Shown: piece after piece, positions 14,550 through 28,949 of the stretch
Layout: each line of letters opens with the position of its first letter
How positions within the stretch are numbered: the first letter of the stretch is position 1
From: Octopus vulgaris
Lineage: Eukaryota
DNA length: 64,000 bases
Reading direction: 5' to 3'
NCBI GenBank assembly: GCA_951406725.2
Contig: OX597815.1
Span: 141,546,001-141,610,000, forward strand
The notes under the pieces: model-generated
Told to the model about the DNA's origin: nothing
Database searches by the model: none
Seen by the model: the letters and a program-made list of their open reading frames with translations, nothing else
Translations under genes and position numbers: made by a program

Positions 14550-15095
14550 GGTGGTTGCCCCCTTGTTATCGAGTATGGCCATTGCACGAAGCTTAATCAA
14601 TGTTCTTATCGTGCAATGCCTATGCAAGAAGATTTTTTTAAAGTGAGGAAAGGCTGTGCACTGAGTCAATCCGACTCACTAAGCAACAGCAGCCATAATC
14701 CGAAAAGAACAAATCAACATCATCGGTAACCACTGAGCCGCAGGTTTTATGTCGGTGTTATCCCAGTTACCTGAGTTACCATTTCCTAGAAGGATGCCCT
14801 AACAAAGGCTAGGAGTCTTTCACTCCCAATGGTTTAACCGCGCGATCGGGTATTCAATCCGATTATTTCTATGTCCCCGCGCATAATACAGCCTTGAGAC
14901 ATTTATTGGATGGCCGTTGACTCTCAAGAGTTCCTCCGCTCTTTGACGAGGTTTTTTTTATCCCGCATGGTGTCCAATAAACACCCTCCTCACCAAGCAA
15001 GCTTGGTGCAGTTGCCCGTTTAGTCGCCGACGACCCGACCATGCAACAGGTTGTACTGGGTTATATGTTACCAGTAGCACTCGAAATTGACCTGA
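14550..15095 (-). mobile_element. Probable RTE-clade LINE 5' UTR fragment
   Basis: GC-richer island. The minus strand has GTCG..GGCGACTAA and CCTAGCCTTTGTTAGGGCATCCTTCTAGGAAATGGTAACTC, resembling conserved RTE 5' UTR motifs (recognised from memory, not aligned). Confidence 0.45.
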
Positions 15096-15659
15096 TACAA
15101 TATATATATATTAACAGCCTGAGGAAAAGAAATCCTTCAAAGGCGTGTGTTAAACATCCAATTCACTGGTACGTGGGTTGGCTACCGTTTAATATTGATA
15201 TAATTTAATAATAAAGATCAATTAAATATAGAAATATCTAACTGACAATCCTGTAATTTATTTCTATTACAATATTACAGTAAATACTATGAATATAATA
15301 TAAACCAAAATATTATATAACATAAATTATTATAATAACCCTAAAAGGTCAACAAATTCTTTCGACTTACATATACTTTTCTGATATACATAATCACATT
15401 TCCATTATATATATAGTCACTTCAGGGCCTTGGCTTTAGTAAAAGAAGAAATTCCGTGTGAAAGGACGGCTGGATTGTAACAATTTTTCAGAATACGTTT
15501 GTTATAGTAAAACTGATTGATCCTCGTTAGCTAGATCTACCAAGGTAAGTAAATTTAAAATATCCGCCACAGACACACAAAAACATACATACATACACAC
15601 ACACACAAACACACATACACACACACAGACACACAGACACATATATATATATTTATATA

Positions 15660-15815
15660 CGACTGGCTTCTTTCAGTTTCCGTCTATCAAATCCATTCAC
15701 AAGGCTTTGGTCGGCTCAAGGCTATAGTAGTAGACACTTGCCCAAGGTGCCACACACTGGGACTGAGCCCGGAACCATGTGGATGGGAAGCAAGCGTCTT
15801 GCCACACAGTCACTA
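15660..15815 (-). mobile_element. Cephalopod-type tRNA-derived SINE fragment
   Basis: CTTCTTTCAGTTTCCGTCTATCAAATCCA.TCACAAGGCTTTGGTCGGC...GACACTTGCCCAAGG..GGGACTGAGCCCGGAACC, homologous to copies at ~37435-37590 and ~59880-60040. Confidence 0.75.
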
Positions 15816-17811
15816 CATACATTCATACATACATATGTATATAAATATACATATATATATATGTGCACATATACATGTATATACTCTTCTGTGTGTGCAT
15901 GCGCGCGCTCTAACCGTAAGATATGAAGATGCTTCAAGGTGATGTAGAAGCAAACAAAAGAATGGAATACATAACATTTTTTTTACATCTAGATTTGAAT
16001 CAAATTATCTTTACATTGCCTTGTACAGAATGAAGATGATTTCGTAATAACAACAATAATAGAATGATTCGAATCTTTAGCATCTGAGTAATACCGAACA
16101 ATCACCATTGATTATATATATTTACAGGAAACTTTATTCAAATCAAAGTTTTTTTTCCTCAGTAAATTTATTTTATCCGCTAGACTAGTCACTTCCCGTA
16201 TAAACAGCCAAAGGTCGATTGCTATGGGAAAGAAACGCGAATGTCTTCTACCTTCAATTTCGTGATTGCGAAGGAAGTCGGTGATTTTCTTATGAATATT
16301 ATATTATTTTTGTATCATACGGGTATCTTGAGAATTTTTCTTCTTCTGATAGTCAGAGGAATATTTCTCTTTGTTTAGAATGTCTGGTTATTATATACAG
16401 ATAATTACGCTCTGTTCAACTTGAAGAATGTGAGAACAGTCCAATGACATTAAAGTTTCGAATTCTGTGTTTTGTTATGAAGATAGTTCATCATTCCAAG
16501 TTATTTATCCAGTATTTTCTGTAAAATAGAGTTAATATATCCTTTCGTATAAACCATCCTCCCTTCAGACCCGTTTTGCCAACTTTCTATCACTTAGGCA
16601 AAGTTCATAAATTAGAGTTTTCCAAGTAATTATATTATGGATAGCATTAAAGGAAAAGTAAAAATAATAGAAGAGTGAACAGGAGGACGTACTGTAGAGT
16701 TCTAGGCTTTGGGTAAAAAAAAAATATACTGAGGAATCAGTTAATAATATTCCACTCATATTTACGCATTTATTGCAGCGGTCCTTCAGTTTTTCTATTG
16801 CATGTAAAATAACTCGGAATTTTGAGCCTGCAACCAGTTCTTTCACGATACCATCAAAGCGATGAACTTTTCAGTACTTGCTCGTATAACCGAAAGCGTT
16901 TAGGAACATATCATTGTTAGCGAAGTTGCTTCAAAATTGTAAAAGCTTTCAAGCAATACAAAGATGATTTAATACTGGCAATAAGGTCAGATCATCTAAA
17001 AATATTGAATTCAAGCAACACATCGCTGTCAAAATCTCGAGATAATTTTATACATACAGTTATTCACTAATTTTATATTCTCAAATCTTTGAATGTAAGA
17101 AGACAGGCTTGAAAATTTTGATCTGAAACTACCATGTATTGCATATACTTAAAGATAAGCGAAAGATATTTGGAAATATATATTTTAGGTAGTACGTAAG
17201 AAGATTAAAGATTATATTAAGGAATGTATTTCGTCTGTGTACATTGCGTGATTGTAACTCTATACAACGGTGCTATAATTTGTGCGTAACACATTAATCG
17301 TTACAGCCCTTTATACATTCGTTCTCGTCATTTGCTTATTTAAATATATGTGCGTACGACTTGTTGCATACGCGTGTCCTAGTGGTCGGAGTATCTGGTT
17401 TCTTTTCATAAGGGTAGAGAAAGAACTTCTGAAGTATCTGCAGTGTTGTTAAATTGAACAAGACACTTCATTTCATGATTCTCGAGTATGCATATTTGAA
17501 ACGTGTACCTGTTGGATATAGACACATTCTCCACTCACTACATTTCTCGCATTCTGAATGTACTTCTGTATCAACAATGAAGGGGTTGAAAGCGTGTCAA
17601 CCTAATCTCGCTGTAACATAAACACATGATACAATTACTGCAAAATAATGCATAACTACCAACTATGCTCGCTCATGCATGATATCTAGGTAATATTTTG
17701 CATATTAAATCAGCAACTCTTTATTTCTGCAACTTCTATTGTGTGCGCGCGCATGTGTGTGTGTACACACATATCCGATAAAGAAGCACATTCTTAACAT
17801 AGAACACTAAT

Positions 17812-18242
17812 CTATTTGTATGCAGTTAAACATGTGTCCCAAATGGTTTGGCATCAATAGAACGCTTAGCCCTATGAACGACACAGCAGGCGTCAATGAC
17901 GGATGGCATATACCTCTTGAAACTAGATGTAGAAATCCGTTACGCCAGTCAATTAGTAAAATTGAGAAAGCAGGGGGTTTTCCATTCATCAATTAGAAAC
18001 AGAAAATGCCCTTACGGGCTAGGAGTATCCTGAGTGCGGATGTTCCCTATTAACACTTTAGCCAGTACTGACTGTCAACTGAACTCGTCAAAGGGAAATA
18101 ACTCGCACTCGCCGTAACGGATTTCTACTTCCAGTTTGAAGTGGTAAATTGCCTACGCCATTGACGTTTGATGACTCGTCCATAGGTCTAAGTGCCCTAT
18201 GATCACTATATGACCGGACATATACTTAACTGAAATGCATAG
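17812..18242. mobile_element. Fold-back / MITE-like element with ~130-bp inverted arms
   Basis: GTAGAAATCCGTTACG pairs with CGTAACGGATTTCTAC; CTTAGCCCTATGAACGA with TCGTCCATAGGTCTAAG; CAGTTAAACATGTGTCC with GGACATATACTTAACTG. Confidence 0.75.
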
Positions 18243-18451
18243 AAGGAAAATAACGCAAGTTAGAAAATGCTAAAATAATTTTATCATGAAATACATTTTG
18301 TAATGGTTAATAGCGGTTTCAGGTTTTTCGACTTCCTCAGCTAAGGGTAAAACAAGAGAAACAATTCAATTAAAGAAAAAATTAAATGAAATCCTTTGTA
18401 AATTTTTCCATAATTCTATAATCCGACATTTTCCTTTTTTCTGTCTGTCTA

Positions 18452-18517
<66 letters not shown>

Positions 18518-20848
18518 TATATATATTTTTTTTTTTCTGAAAGATCGATAGGTAGTTGCAGATCTTAAGACATGGTCTTTATGGGTGCAGAGAAATATAT
18601 GGTTCTGAAGTGTGATGGTTTAAGCATCAGCAGCAGCAGCAGCCAAGGAAGGAGAAGGCAAAGAAAAAGAAGGAGAAGAAAGACAGATAGAAAGAAAGAA
18701 AAAAGAAAGAAAGAAAAAATGAAAGAAAGAAAGCAAGAAAGAAAGAAAAAAGAAAGAAAGAAAGAAACGATAAAACGTGAGTGGTGTGACCCAATAGTAG
18801 AGGCTGTCCGTGGAATCTGCTTTAATGGTCAAGTGACCTAAAAGGGACCTGTTGTGGTTGTAGCAGTAGTGGTAGGGACCGCTTTAAATAAATTCATGGC
18901 TACCGACTGATTTTAATATATTTATCGTGTTCTAATATTTGCATGGGTGTCATTCTAAGATACCTGAGGTAGTGTCATCTGAGTTGGTAGCATTAGAATA
19001 CGGAAATATAGAAAAATAGCATCAACTGAAAACATTGACATTTGCAACGCTAAAGAAGAACCCAACTTTTCCCCTATATAAATTTAGGGACAATGCAACC
19101 TATAATCAGCCCATAAGCAAAGAATCATACTTTATCGCAAAATATAAAGCTCTTTCGAATGCTACCACTACAAAAGATACTTAGATACTGATAAGTATTA
19201 AGAAATGTCAAATATTTTACAATTTAGGATGGGATTATCATGCTTGGTGAACACGTTTCTCCCTATGCCTTTATAATTTTGTATTGGGAGATTACACTTC
19301 GAGGCCACCTGTTAATGACAGAGCTCTGCAAAGTGTTGTGCCACACAGAATTTACCAACAGATATAAGTGGATAATTTGTTGAATATTTGAATGAACAGG
19401 ATAACACTTAACCGATAGTGTAGAAAGAAAGCAAATTACTCCCTCCATACGATAAAACTAAGCAAACATTGTTAATCCTCACTTATGATTTTTCTCGCTT
19501 ATCATGCGATTGCCTATTATGCTTGTCAAAACAAAATTGAAGATTGAAGCTTCTACTGTAACAATTCTTGATGTGGAGATTGAAAGTTTTGCGTACTTTA
19601 TTTATTAGTTTGAATATTTGTTTTGAAATACACTCTTTAAAGTCACTCTTGTCATAATCCTTGATAAATCTAATACGTGTATTGACAACATGCGTGCCGC
19701 TATCCCCAAGTCCGTAGACCTCAGATGTTTTCTAACTATTTTTTAAGATTAAAAGTAATTGTTTGACAATACTCCGCCTATATTTTTCCTATTATTTTTC
19801 ACCGCACTATACGATACCAGTGCTGAATAAGTGTGAATATGTATGATTATTTGATGTGTAAGTTACAATACATATACGATTGTAAAAGACGGAAATTCAG
19901 CCAAGTCAAAAGACTGGTCTCTCTATCCTCTTGTATTGTTTGTACACTATGGTTATCGACTTTTTCTTTTGTTTTGAGAGGAAGATTTAAATACAGTAAT
20001 AGTGTTTACTTCATTTTGCATTGTTTAGTTTGAGGTCTACTAGTACTATAAAAGTTATGTGTTATCTAGTAATTGTGTACATGTGTGACTGCTGTTTGTG
20101 CCTTGCTGTGAAGACTTATATATTATTATACTCTGTTTTGCTTGTTAAAAGAAGCTAAATTGCACTGGGCGATATTAACGCTATCATTGTGAAGCTTGGT
20201 TTGTAGATAATCGACATAGCATTAGAAAGGTTAGGATGCTGTGCTTGGGGAATAAGAGCAAAACATGGCTATGGCATCATATGTGGTTGAAATGTTGCTT
20301 GTTGAGGCCAAAATTCGTGTAATTATGTTTTTCGCGTGGGTTATTACAAACTCTAAATATATTGTACATTCTCTCTAGCTTTAGTAATCGAAAAAATAAT
20401 TACCTTGTCGGTGTAATGAAACTAGTTCGTGTGTCTTTATTTATACCTAAAGAGATGGATGTGATATTAAAATTACTGCTAGTATAGCTAACACTTAAAA
20501 TGATGCGTTACATCTGCTTACAGATATAAAACCGTCAAGCATCTTTTGCGTTTTTTTTTTTTCGCATTATTATTATGAATGATTAAACGGTAGCGATCAG
20601 TCAGTCATTAATGTGTTAGAGAAACTTCGGCTGATTTCAGGTTCTGAGTTCAAATTCAAACTTTGCCTTTTATCATTCCAGGGTCGATGAATTAAGTACC
20701 AGTTTTGCATTGAGGTCAATGTAATAGACTGGCCTCCTCCATCCAAATTTCAGGCCTTGTATCTCTAGTAGAAGAAATTATTTCAATGTTTGTGTTTTAG
20801 TGTAATTATTAAAATCTGAATTGATTGTCAACCTATGATAATTTTCAG

Positions 20849-20908
20849 GATGCAGCTAAGGTTGTAGATGAAATGTTTTCACAAATAGATTCAATTTCTT
20901 TGACATGA
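20849..20908 (+). other. Candidate terminal coding exon (unassigned)
   Basis: Acceptor ATTTTCAG is followed by an open frame DAAKVVDEMFSQIDSISLT* and downstream AATAAA motifs. No upstream exons could be linked. Confidence 0.2.
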
Positions 20909-22231
20909 TGAGTCACAGTTTCAACGATATTAATATTTTAACTGTTAATGTAGTGTAATAATTCTTCCGGATTCTGACATTTTATGTTTTTTTGTGGAAT
21001 TTCATGGAGTTTTGTGCTCTGTATGAATATTTGTATCCGTTATTAAATATTATTATTCAATATATTATCATGCTAAAAGGCTTGAAACTTGCTCATAATT
21101 TTATGTAGCTACAATAAACAGATTTTTAAGAAAGTGCCAAAAATTAAAAATTAAATCGCTGTAAAATGGAGGTGTGTTGTTAATGCAGTTAGTCTGACAT
21201 ACGCGTGAACATTTTGAGTACGATGAAAGAAGAGCGTTTATGTTAATAGAATATAGATATATTTCGATTAGATTTATCATCAGATATGTTACTATAGGTA
21301 AAATAATAAAAGTTTGTGATACAATTCAAACAGGGACAATAAAACAAGCTACTACATTGATGAAATCGATTATTAAGAAAATAAAGATCTATTTCATATT
21401 TATATAATGAATCTTCACAGATACTATTTGATACACTTACGAGATATCTAAATAATTATGGTTCTTTCCTTTCTTTTTTTTGTTATGTAAAAGTGGTGAA
21501 TTTAGTTTAAAAACAATAAATGAGTAATAACTTATTGTTTTGCACAAATCCAATCACCACGTTTCGATTTTTATTGTTTCAAAATACTTTATAGATAAAC
21601 AAAACTCAAATTATACTGCCAGCCTTGTGAAATGTGACGAATAAATTTAGCACTTCGTTATCGTTTCCTATTCTGTCTGATCTACAATAACACGCATTCA
21701 TACAGCAAGTGTGATGTTCACAAAAATTTAATGAATAACACTTCTCACTTTAACGACGACATTTTAAAGGCTCCCTCTGTAACGCTAGCAGCCAGATATG
21801 TTATTTCTCATAAATCTGCTCTAATGCATTATATAATTCGAGACATAAAGACTGTTCTATTCTATTCACGTGGTACACACACATCCTCAACATCTTACTA
21901 GTTGGATATATTTTACAGAATATTTTCCCTTGGCCTTTAATGCTTCTCTGCTCAGCACTATTGATAATATGAAATGCGATGTAATTGTATACCGCTAAAC
22001 AGAGCAAAAATGTTAGCTCCACTTTCTAAGTAAACAAAGTTGTTAATACTTCTGTTTTCTTCTTGCAGCAAAGATAACAAATCAATTTAGAAATAAATTA
22101 CCCTAGAATTGCATTTCAAATTACCAAATAAAATTTTTTTAAATGCTGTACACTATGATGCAATTGGTACCATAATATAATTATCAATTGTAACTTAATT
22201 CATTCAATATCTGAAATTATCACGAAGATAT

Positions 22232-22735
22232 TGTTCTTCTTCCTCTTCTTCTTGTTTTTTTTTTTGCTGTGGTTGTTCTTCTTATCTTCATCTTTCGCTT
22301 CTTTTTCTTCTTCTTCTTCTTCTTCTTCTTCTTCTTCTTCTTCTTCTTCTTCTTCTTCTTCTTCTTCTTCTTCTTCTTCTTCTTCTTCTTCTTCTTCATC
22401 TTTTCTTCTTCTACCACACCTTCTACCACTTCTTTCTCTTCTTTCTCTTCTTTTCCTTCTTCTTCATTTTCTTTCTTCTTCTTCTTCTTTTCCTTCTTCT
22501 TTTTCATTTTCTTCTTCTTCTTCATCTTCCGCTTCTTTCTCTCCTTCGTTCCCTTATTTCGCTTCTTTCTATTATTTTCTTCCTGTTCCTACTCATCTTC
22601 CATTTTTACTTCTTTCTTTTCTTTCTCATCTTCTTTCTCCTCTTTCTCTTATACTTCTTTTCTTCTTCTTCTCCTTCTTCTTCTTCTTCTTCTTCTTCTT
22701 CTTCTTCTTCATCATCTTCATCTTCTTCTTCTCAT
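22232..22735. repeat. (CTT)n / pyrimidine-rich simple repeat
   Basis: Long pure and degenerate CTT runs. Confidence 0.95.
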
Positions 22736-22741
22736 TATTAT

Positions 22742-23541
22742 TGCTATTGTTTTATATTTTTTATATCGTGCTTTTACTTCACTACCGAGTGCAGCTCTGT
22801 GTGCCTTGGGTATGTGCTGTGATTTATTGTGATGCTCTGATGGTTATTGTATGGAAAGTGTTCTGCGTAGGATGTGTGCAGTGCCTAGTAGTTCAATTTT
22901 CTGTATGTTATATGTGTTTGTAAGTCCTTCTGTTTTTGTTATGTATTTGTCTGAATATTTTTTTATCATGCCTAAGGCACCTATTATGATAGGAATTGTT
23001 TCTGTTTTTAGATTCCACATTCTGGTTACCTCTGTTTCCAGGTCTTTGTATTTTGAAAGTTTCTCCATTTCTTTTAGAGATACGTTGTCATCCGCCGGTA
23101 TTGATACATCAATTAGAAAACATTTTTTTTCTTCATGATCTCTGACAACTCTATCTGGTCTGTTGGCCTTAATTTCTCTATCTGTGTGTATTGGCATATC
23201 CCAGAGTATGGTCGCTTTCTCGTTTTCTGTGACCTTTTCTGGTGTGTGCCTATACCATCTTTTTTCTGTTGGTATTCCATAATGTTGGCATAGTTTCCAG
23301 TGTATATAGGTCCCAACTCTGTCGTGTCTGTGAATATATTCCTTCTTATCCAGGACTGGGCAGCCAGAGATAATATGATTTATTGTTTCTTTCCATCTCC
23401 ACATATTCTGCAGTTACTTGTTATATTTCTTTTCATTACCTGTTTTTGGTAAATTCTGGTGGTGAGGCTTTGGTCTTGTGCTGCAATTAAAAATCCCTCT
23501 GTCTCTGCTTTGAGTCCTGAGCTTCTCAACCCTTGCTGAGA
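22742..23541 (-). mobile_element. 5'-truncated R4/Dong-clade non-LTR retrotransposon (REL endonuclease), copy A
   Basis: ETEGFLIAAQDQ, CRICG..ETINHIISGC (CCHC knuckle, frameshifted), RHD, NRPD, IDVSIP and EKLSKY motifs; ends HILRRTLSIQ* followed by a 3' UTR. The 5' end abuts a (TAA)n tract. Confidence 0.9.
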
Positions 23542-23660
<119 letters not shown>

Positions 23661-23697
23661 GTATTACTATTACTATTACTATTACTATTACTATTAC

Positions 23698-23771
<74 letters not shown>

Positions 23772-23774
<3 letters not shown>

Positions 23775-24093
23775 GTTTGACTTTTGATTTACATTTGCAC
23801 AAGCTGGCTCCAAGTCTCACCTAGAGTTCTCAAGAGACAACAAGTTGGAAGTTCATGGTGGTGTTATGCCTAAGGAGCCATATATTTGGTTTTCTACTTA
23901 GTGTTGTACTAGTGAATGCCTAAAGAACCATACAAAAATTATGTTTGTTTTAAAACTTGAGATTACATAGAAAGTATTTTGCGTAGGATATGAGCAGTTC
24001 CTATGAGCACTATCGTTTTAATTTCTGCCATTTTTGGGGTTCCTGGTATCTGAGTTAGGTAGCAATCAGCCCTTTTTGCTATCATTCTTTTGC
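23772..24093 (-). mobile_element. Short 3' fragment of R4/Dong LINE, copy B
   Basis: IAKRADCYLTQIPG..IVLIGTAHILRKILSM* plus 3' UTR, bounded by (TAA)n on both sides. Confidence 0.85.
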
Positions 24094-24164
<71 letters not shown>

Positions 24165-24165
<1 letters not shown>

Positions 24166-25499
24166 TTATTTTTTCTTCTTTCAAATTTGCTTCCATTTCT
24201 TGCCGAGTGTCTTCCCGACTCCTAGGGCAAAGAAACTCATAGCATACATTGGTAGGCCATTAAACCATACTCAGTAGTTCGTTCATTTTTTAAATTTTTT
24301 TTAAAAGTTAAATTAAAATACATGAGCAGCAACAGTTCTCACATCGACAATGCTCTTCTCAATACGTGTGATGTACCAGTTAAGACAATCTTTTGCACTT
24401 CTTGCAGGGATGGTAGGCCAGGGATCATTCTCATATAATTTTCGGTTCCCTTCTTGATCATTCCTAGTGCTCCTACGATCACTGGTATTGTAACCGCCTT
24501 GAGATGCCACATTTTCTCAATTTCAATGAGTAGGTCTTTATATTTTTTGAGCTTGTCAAACTCTTTCGCTGAGATATTATGATCACAGGGGCTGCTCATG
24601 TCGATCAATAAGCAAACTTTATTGTTTTGGTCTTTCACAACAATATCTGGTTTATTGGCCTTGGTGGTTCGGTCTGTATGTACTGGAAAGTCCCACAGAA
24701 TGGTTACATTTTCTCCTTCAGTTACAGCCTCAGGGTGGTGATTATACCACTTGTCGGCAGTTTTGATATTGTAATGCCGACTTATTAGCCAGTGGAGATA
24801 TTGGCCAACTCTGTCATGTCTTAATTTATACTCCACTGGTGCTAAGACTTTACATCCAGAGATTAGGTGGTCCACTGTTTCAATCATGTCGTTGCAGAAT
24901 CGGCATTTTGAGTCTGCTCCATTTTTCATCACATTGGCCTGGTATTTCCGTGTTAATAGGCTTTGATCTTGAGCAGCCAGGATGAAATCTTCGCTCTCTG
25001 CTTTTAGCCCTGAGCTCCGTAGCCACTGATGGGTTTGCTTCTGGTCAACATCAGCTTGTTTGCTGCGAGTCACATATTTGCCGTGCAGAGGTTTCTCCTC
25101 CCACCTATCAGCCAATTGCTCGTGCGCTTTCTTCATTGCCATCATTTCACCTTCTTTGCAACAATAGTTGCCGTACTTCCCTCGGGTTGTTCAGTTTGGG
25201 TATCCTGCACGAGATCAATAGCAAATTTTTTGCTTTCCTTTATGATAGAATGAAGCTTCTTTCGTCTCTCGTGATTTTCCACGAGCTTTAGCATCCAGTC
25301 ATTCGATATTTCGAGATATTTGGCCAGTCCAATTGTGGTTGTTTTGTAAGCTAGTTCAAATTGGATCAGGCCTCGACCTCCTTGGGCTCTGGGAAGGTAA
25401 AGACGATCTACGTCTGCCTTTGGGTGGCGCATCCTATTACAACTCAGCAGCTTGCGTATTTTTCTATCTATATTCTTTACTTCACTCATATTCCAGTTC

Positions 25500-25500
<1 letters not shown>
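24165..25500 (-). mobile_element. 5'-truncated R4/Dong LINE, copy C
   Basis: ORFs 24339-25145 and 25142-25489: RLYLPRAQGGRGL, LHGKY, AAQDQ, CRFC..ETVDHLISGC, RHD, NKPDIVV, IDMS, KYKDL. Flanked by (TAA)n. Confidence 0.92.
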
Positions 25501-25573
<73 letters not shown>

Positions 25574-25576
<3 letters not shown>

Positions 25577-26958
25577 ATTTCTTTTCATTAGAACTTTATT
25601 TCAGCTGCTTTAGTACCGGGCGTCCTCTGGAAGCCAAGAGTAACAGGGGCGCTTTTGTTTTGCTAGGCATGCTGAAATTATCACAACATTTATTCTATTT
25701 TAGATGAAGAGTGCTTTCCTCAGTATATAGGCTGTACACGTCAAGGTTATCTTTTGTAGTTTACGGAGATTGGAGATACCATGTAGTTGCTTAATATTCT
25801 CCTCAGCATCCTTCTTTATCATTCCCATCGTACCTATTACTACTGGCATTATCGAAGGACTGATCTTCCACATTTTTGTGATTTCAGTTTGCAAGTCTTT
25901 ATAGTGAGAAAGTTTTTCATATTCCTTTCTTGAAACATTTTGATCTTGTGGGACAGACATATCTATTGACAGACACCTCTGTTGTAGTCATTGATCACAA
26001 TTTCTGGTCAATTGGAGTCAATTTCTCTATCTTTTTGTATTGGGAGTTCCAAAGGGTGGTGACGCCGTCGCCATTTATTACATCCTTTGGATAGTGCCTG
26101 TACCACTCATCATGGAATTTAATTTTGTAGTATTCACAAGCATTCCAGTGGATGCACTGTCTTAGTCTCTCTTATAATATGAGGTACTCCTTTTCAACGA
26201 GGACTAACTCGTCTATAATATATTCTTTTTTTTCTCTTTCATTTGAGTGTGTTGTGTCTTATCTAGTTCATGGATTTCTAAATATTTGTAAGTTTGGCAT
26301 TGGTCTAATTCTCTTATTTCATTGGTTTTTATCTAGTGTGATGTCGCTACTCTTGACTAGTTTTCCTCTTTTCAGGGTTACTTTGGCGCATTTTTCTAAT
26401 CCAAACTTCATGTCTGTTTCTTTGGTAAATCCATGAACTGTCTTTAGTAGTATTTCCAGCTGTTTGTCATTTGTAGCGTACAGTTTTAGGTCACCATATA
26501 TAAAAGGTGGCTGATAGTTTTATCATAACATTTGTATCCGCATCCAGTTCTATTTAGCATATCAGATAGAGGTGTCAGTGCCAAGCAGAAAAGGAGTGGA
26601 GAGAGCGTGTCTCTCTGGAATATCCCTCTTCTAACGGGGATGGCTTTGGTTTTCACGAGTCTCTCTTTTGTTTGGAGCTGTAGCACTGTCTGTCATTTAT
26701 TCATAGAGTGTCCTATGTATTTTATAATTGTTGGTGCTACCTTGTTAATGGCTAGTGTTTTGAGGATCCACGTGTGGGGAATGCTAGCAAACGCCTTTCT
26801 GTGGTAGATCCAGGCCATACTGAGGCCTTTCTTCTTCCTGTGGCTGTCTTCCGTTATGGCTTTATTGTTCATTAGTTGATCTTTACAGCCATATGAGCCC
26901 TTGCGGCGTCCTTTCTGCTCTTCGGGAGATAGGTTGTTTTCGTCCAGGTGCTTGTTCA
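25574..26958 (-). mobile_element. R4/Dong LINE with RT domain and internal deletion, copy D
   Basis: EQKG..GCKDQLM, KAFASIPHTWI, RGIFQRDTLSPLLFCLAL, SHLLYM, then REL C-terminus EKLSHYKDL..AYILRKAL. Bounded by (TAA)n. Confidence 0.9.
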
Positions 26959-27279
26959 ATTATTATTATTATTATTATTGCTCGTAACGTAGCTTCTTAA
27001 GTCTAACTGATCTGTATTCCTCTATATATTCTTGTTGATAGACTTTTTTGTGGAGTTTTAAAACTCATGAATTGTTCACTCTGTGTTAGTTCGTAAAAAA
27101 AATAGTATTTTGTTTTGTATGTTTTTGCTTCATTTATGACACGGGTTTTCAGATGCATGCATGCGTGTCCTGTAAATTTCACGTAGTTGTGTAAACATGG
27201 GGATCTATGTGTAGTCCTATGGGTATTAAAATATATATATGATTGTGTCGACATTCGAATGTATACGTAATGATGTTGC

Positions 27280-27286
27280 TGTTGTT

Positions 27287-27366
<80 letters not shown>

Positions 27367-27378
27367 TGCAACTATTAT

Positions 27379-27418
<40 letters not shown>

Positions 27419-27442
27419 GCTGCTGCTATTATTATTATTAAA

Positions 27443-27506
<64 letters not shown>

Positions 27507-27515
27507 GTATTAATA
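27280..27515. repeat. Compound trinucleotide microsatellite (TTA/CTA/CTG)
   Basis: Direct reading of the sequence. Confidence 0.95.
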
Positions 27516-28949
27516 ATCATTGCGGCATAATTGTTTGGTTACGTTTTAAACTTAGTGACTAATTTGCTCCTTTTTTTATATTCGTTTGTGGGAAGTCGCT
27601 TTTTATTTATTTATTTATTTTTTGGAGGAGGGGTACGGTGTCGATCTCGACACGTGTTTTTCTTTTATTTTCCGTGTCTGCACGTGTGTGTCATGCAGGC
27701 AAAATATTTTGTTGCTGATAAATATTAACATGTGCACATGGATGTGTGGACAGTTGCATGTGTAGGTGATTATTCAAATTACGTACTTACTGAGCAAGTG
27801 GTGTTTTTCCAAGTTTCCTGATGGTTGTTTCGACTTCTCGCGTTGTTGCATTGAGATATCGTTCATTTAAGAAAGAAACTACACTGTATATGACAAAACT
27901 CTTTCCAGCTTTTTAGTGCATCTGCTTTAACTAACTTCTCCATAGCTGTATTGCGAAGTTTTTCTTCCAGCGTACCGATGTTATTCGATTAAGTTTGTTT
28001 GGAGGAGAGAGTTTCTTAGTGCACGTCCATGTTGTTATTTAGCCCAGAGCTATTCTTCTTCTTCTTCTTCTTCTTCTTCTTCTTCTTCTTCTTCTTCTTC
28101 TTCTTCTTCTTCTTCTTCTTCTTCTTCTTTTTTTTCTTCTTCTTCTTCCTCTTCTTCTTGTTCTTATTGTTATTCTTATTGTACTTTTCCACTTCTTACT
28201 AATGATGTCATCATTATTAATTAGGCTCTCGGTTTTGTTGTTATTGTTTAGCAGGGTTGAAGAGACATGGCTTGATGAGACACTTGATGAAAAACTTCAA
28301 AGTGGCAACCAAACAACAAGCGTACTTGTTGTTATTCAGATCTAGTGTATATAATTCAGAACGAAGTTATCAAGTATGAATTTCTATCAAATTAGTAGTG
28401 TGTCGTTTGAGAAGGTTATGATCGAGTGACCATATAGATATGTGAATGCGAAGTTAGAAGGAGTTTTCATGGCTTCTGCTGGGGAAAGTAAATCTAATTA
28501 AAATAGTGACAACAAATCAGTTTTATTAGAGACTCATTGTGGCATTTCAACAATGGTACTCATTTAATTTAAACGTCAATGACAGATAATTTAAGAATAT
28601 TGTAATTTAGCCTCAATGAAAATTTGATTTTATTTGAATGTCACTGTATCTATGATATTTCAGAATTGAGATTTGACAATTATTGTAAAATGTTAACGCA
28701 ATTATAGAATAATTCATAAACATATAACATAACTGATATAATGACAATGACACAAACTCATTTACTATGTATTTAATTGGGATAATAGTAGAGAAAATAA
28801 GTCATTTAAAGTCTATGGAAAGCATATATCTAAATGAAATATGTAACAGTACAATAGACAAATGGAATCTAATATTTGGTTTATCTACACTTTCAAATAA
28901 CATGTTCCAAATATTACAATATTTGCGATTCTACTCCTAATGATATCAT

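Noticed and set aside
15492-15550. Exon-like segment with strong AG and GTAAGT sites
   Set aside because: Stops occur in all three frames and there is no supporting context.
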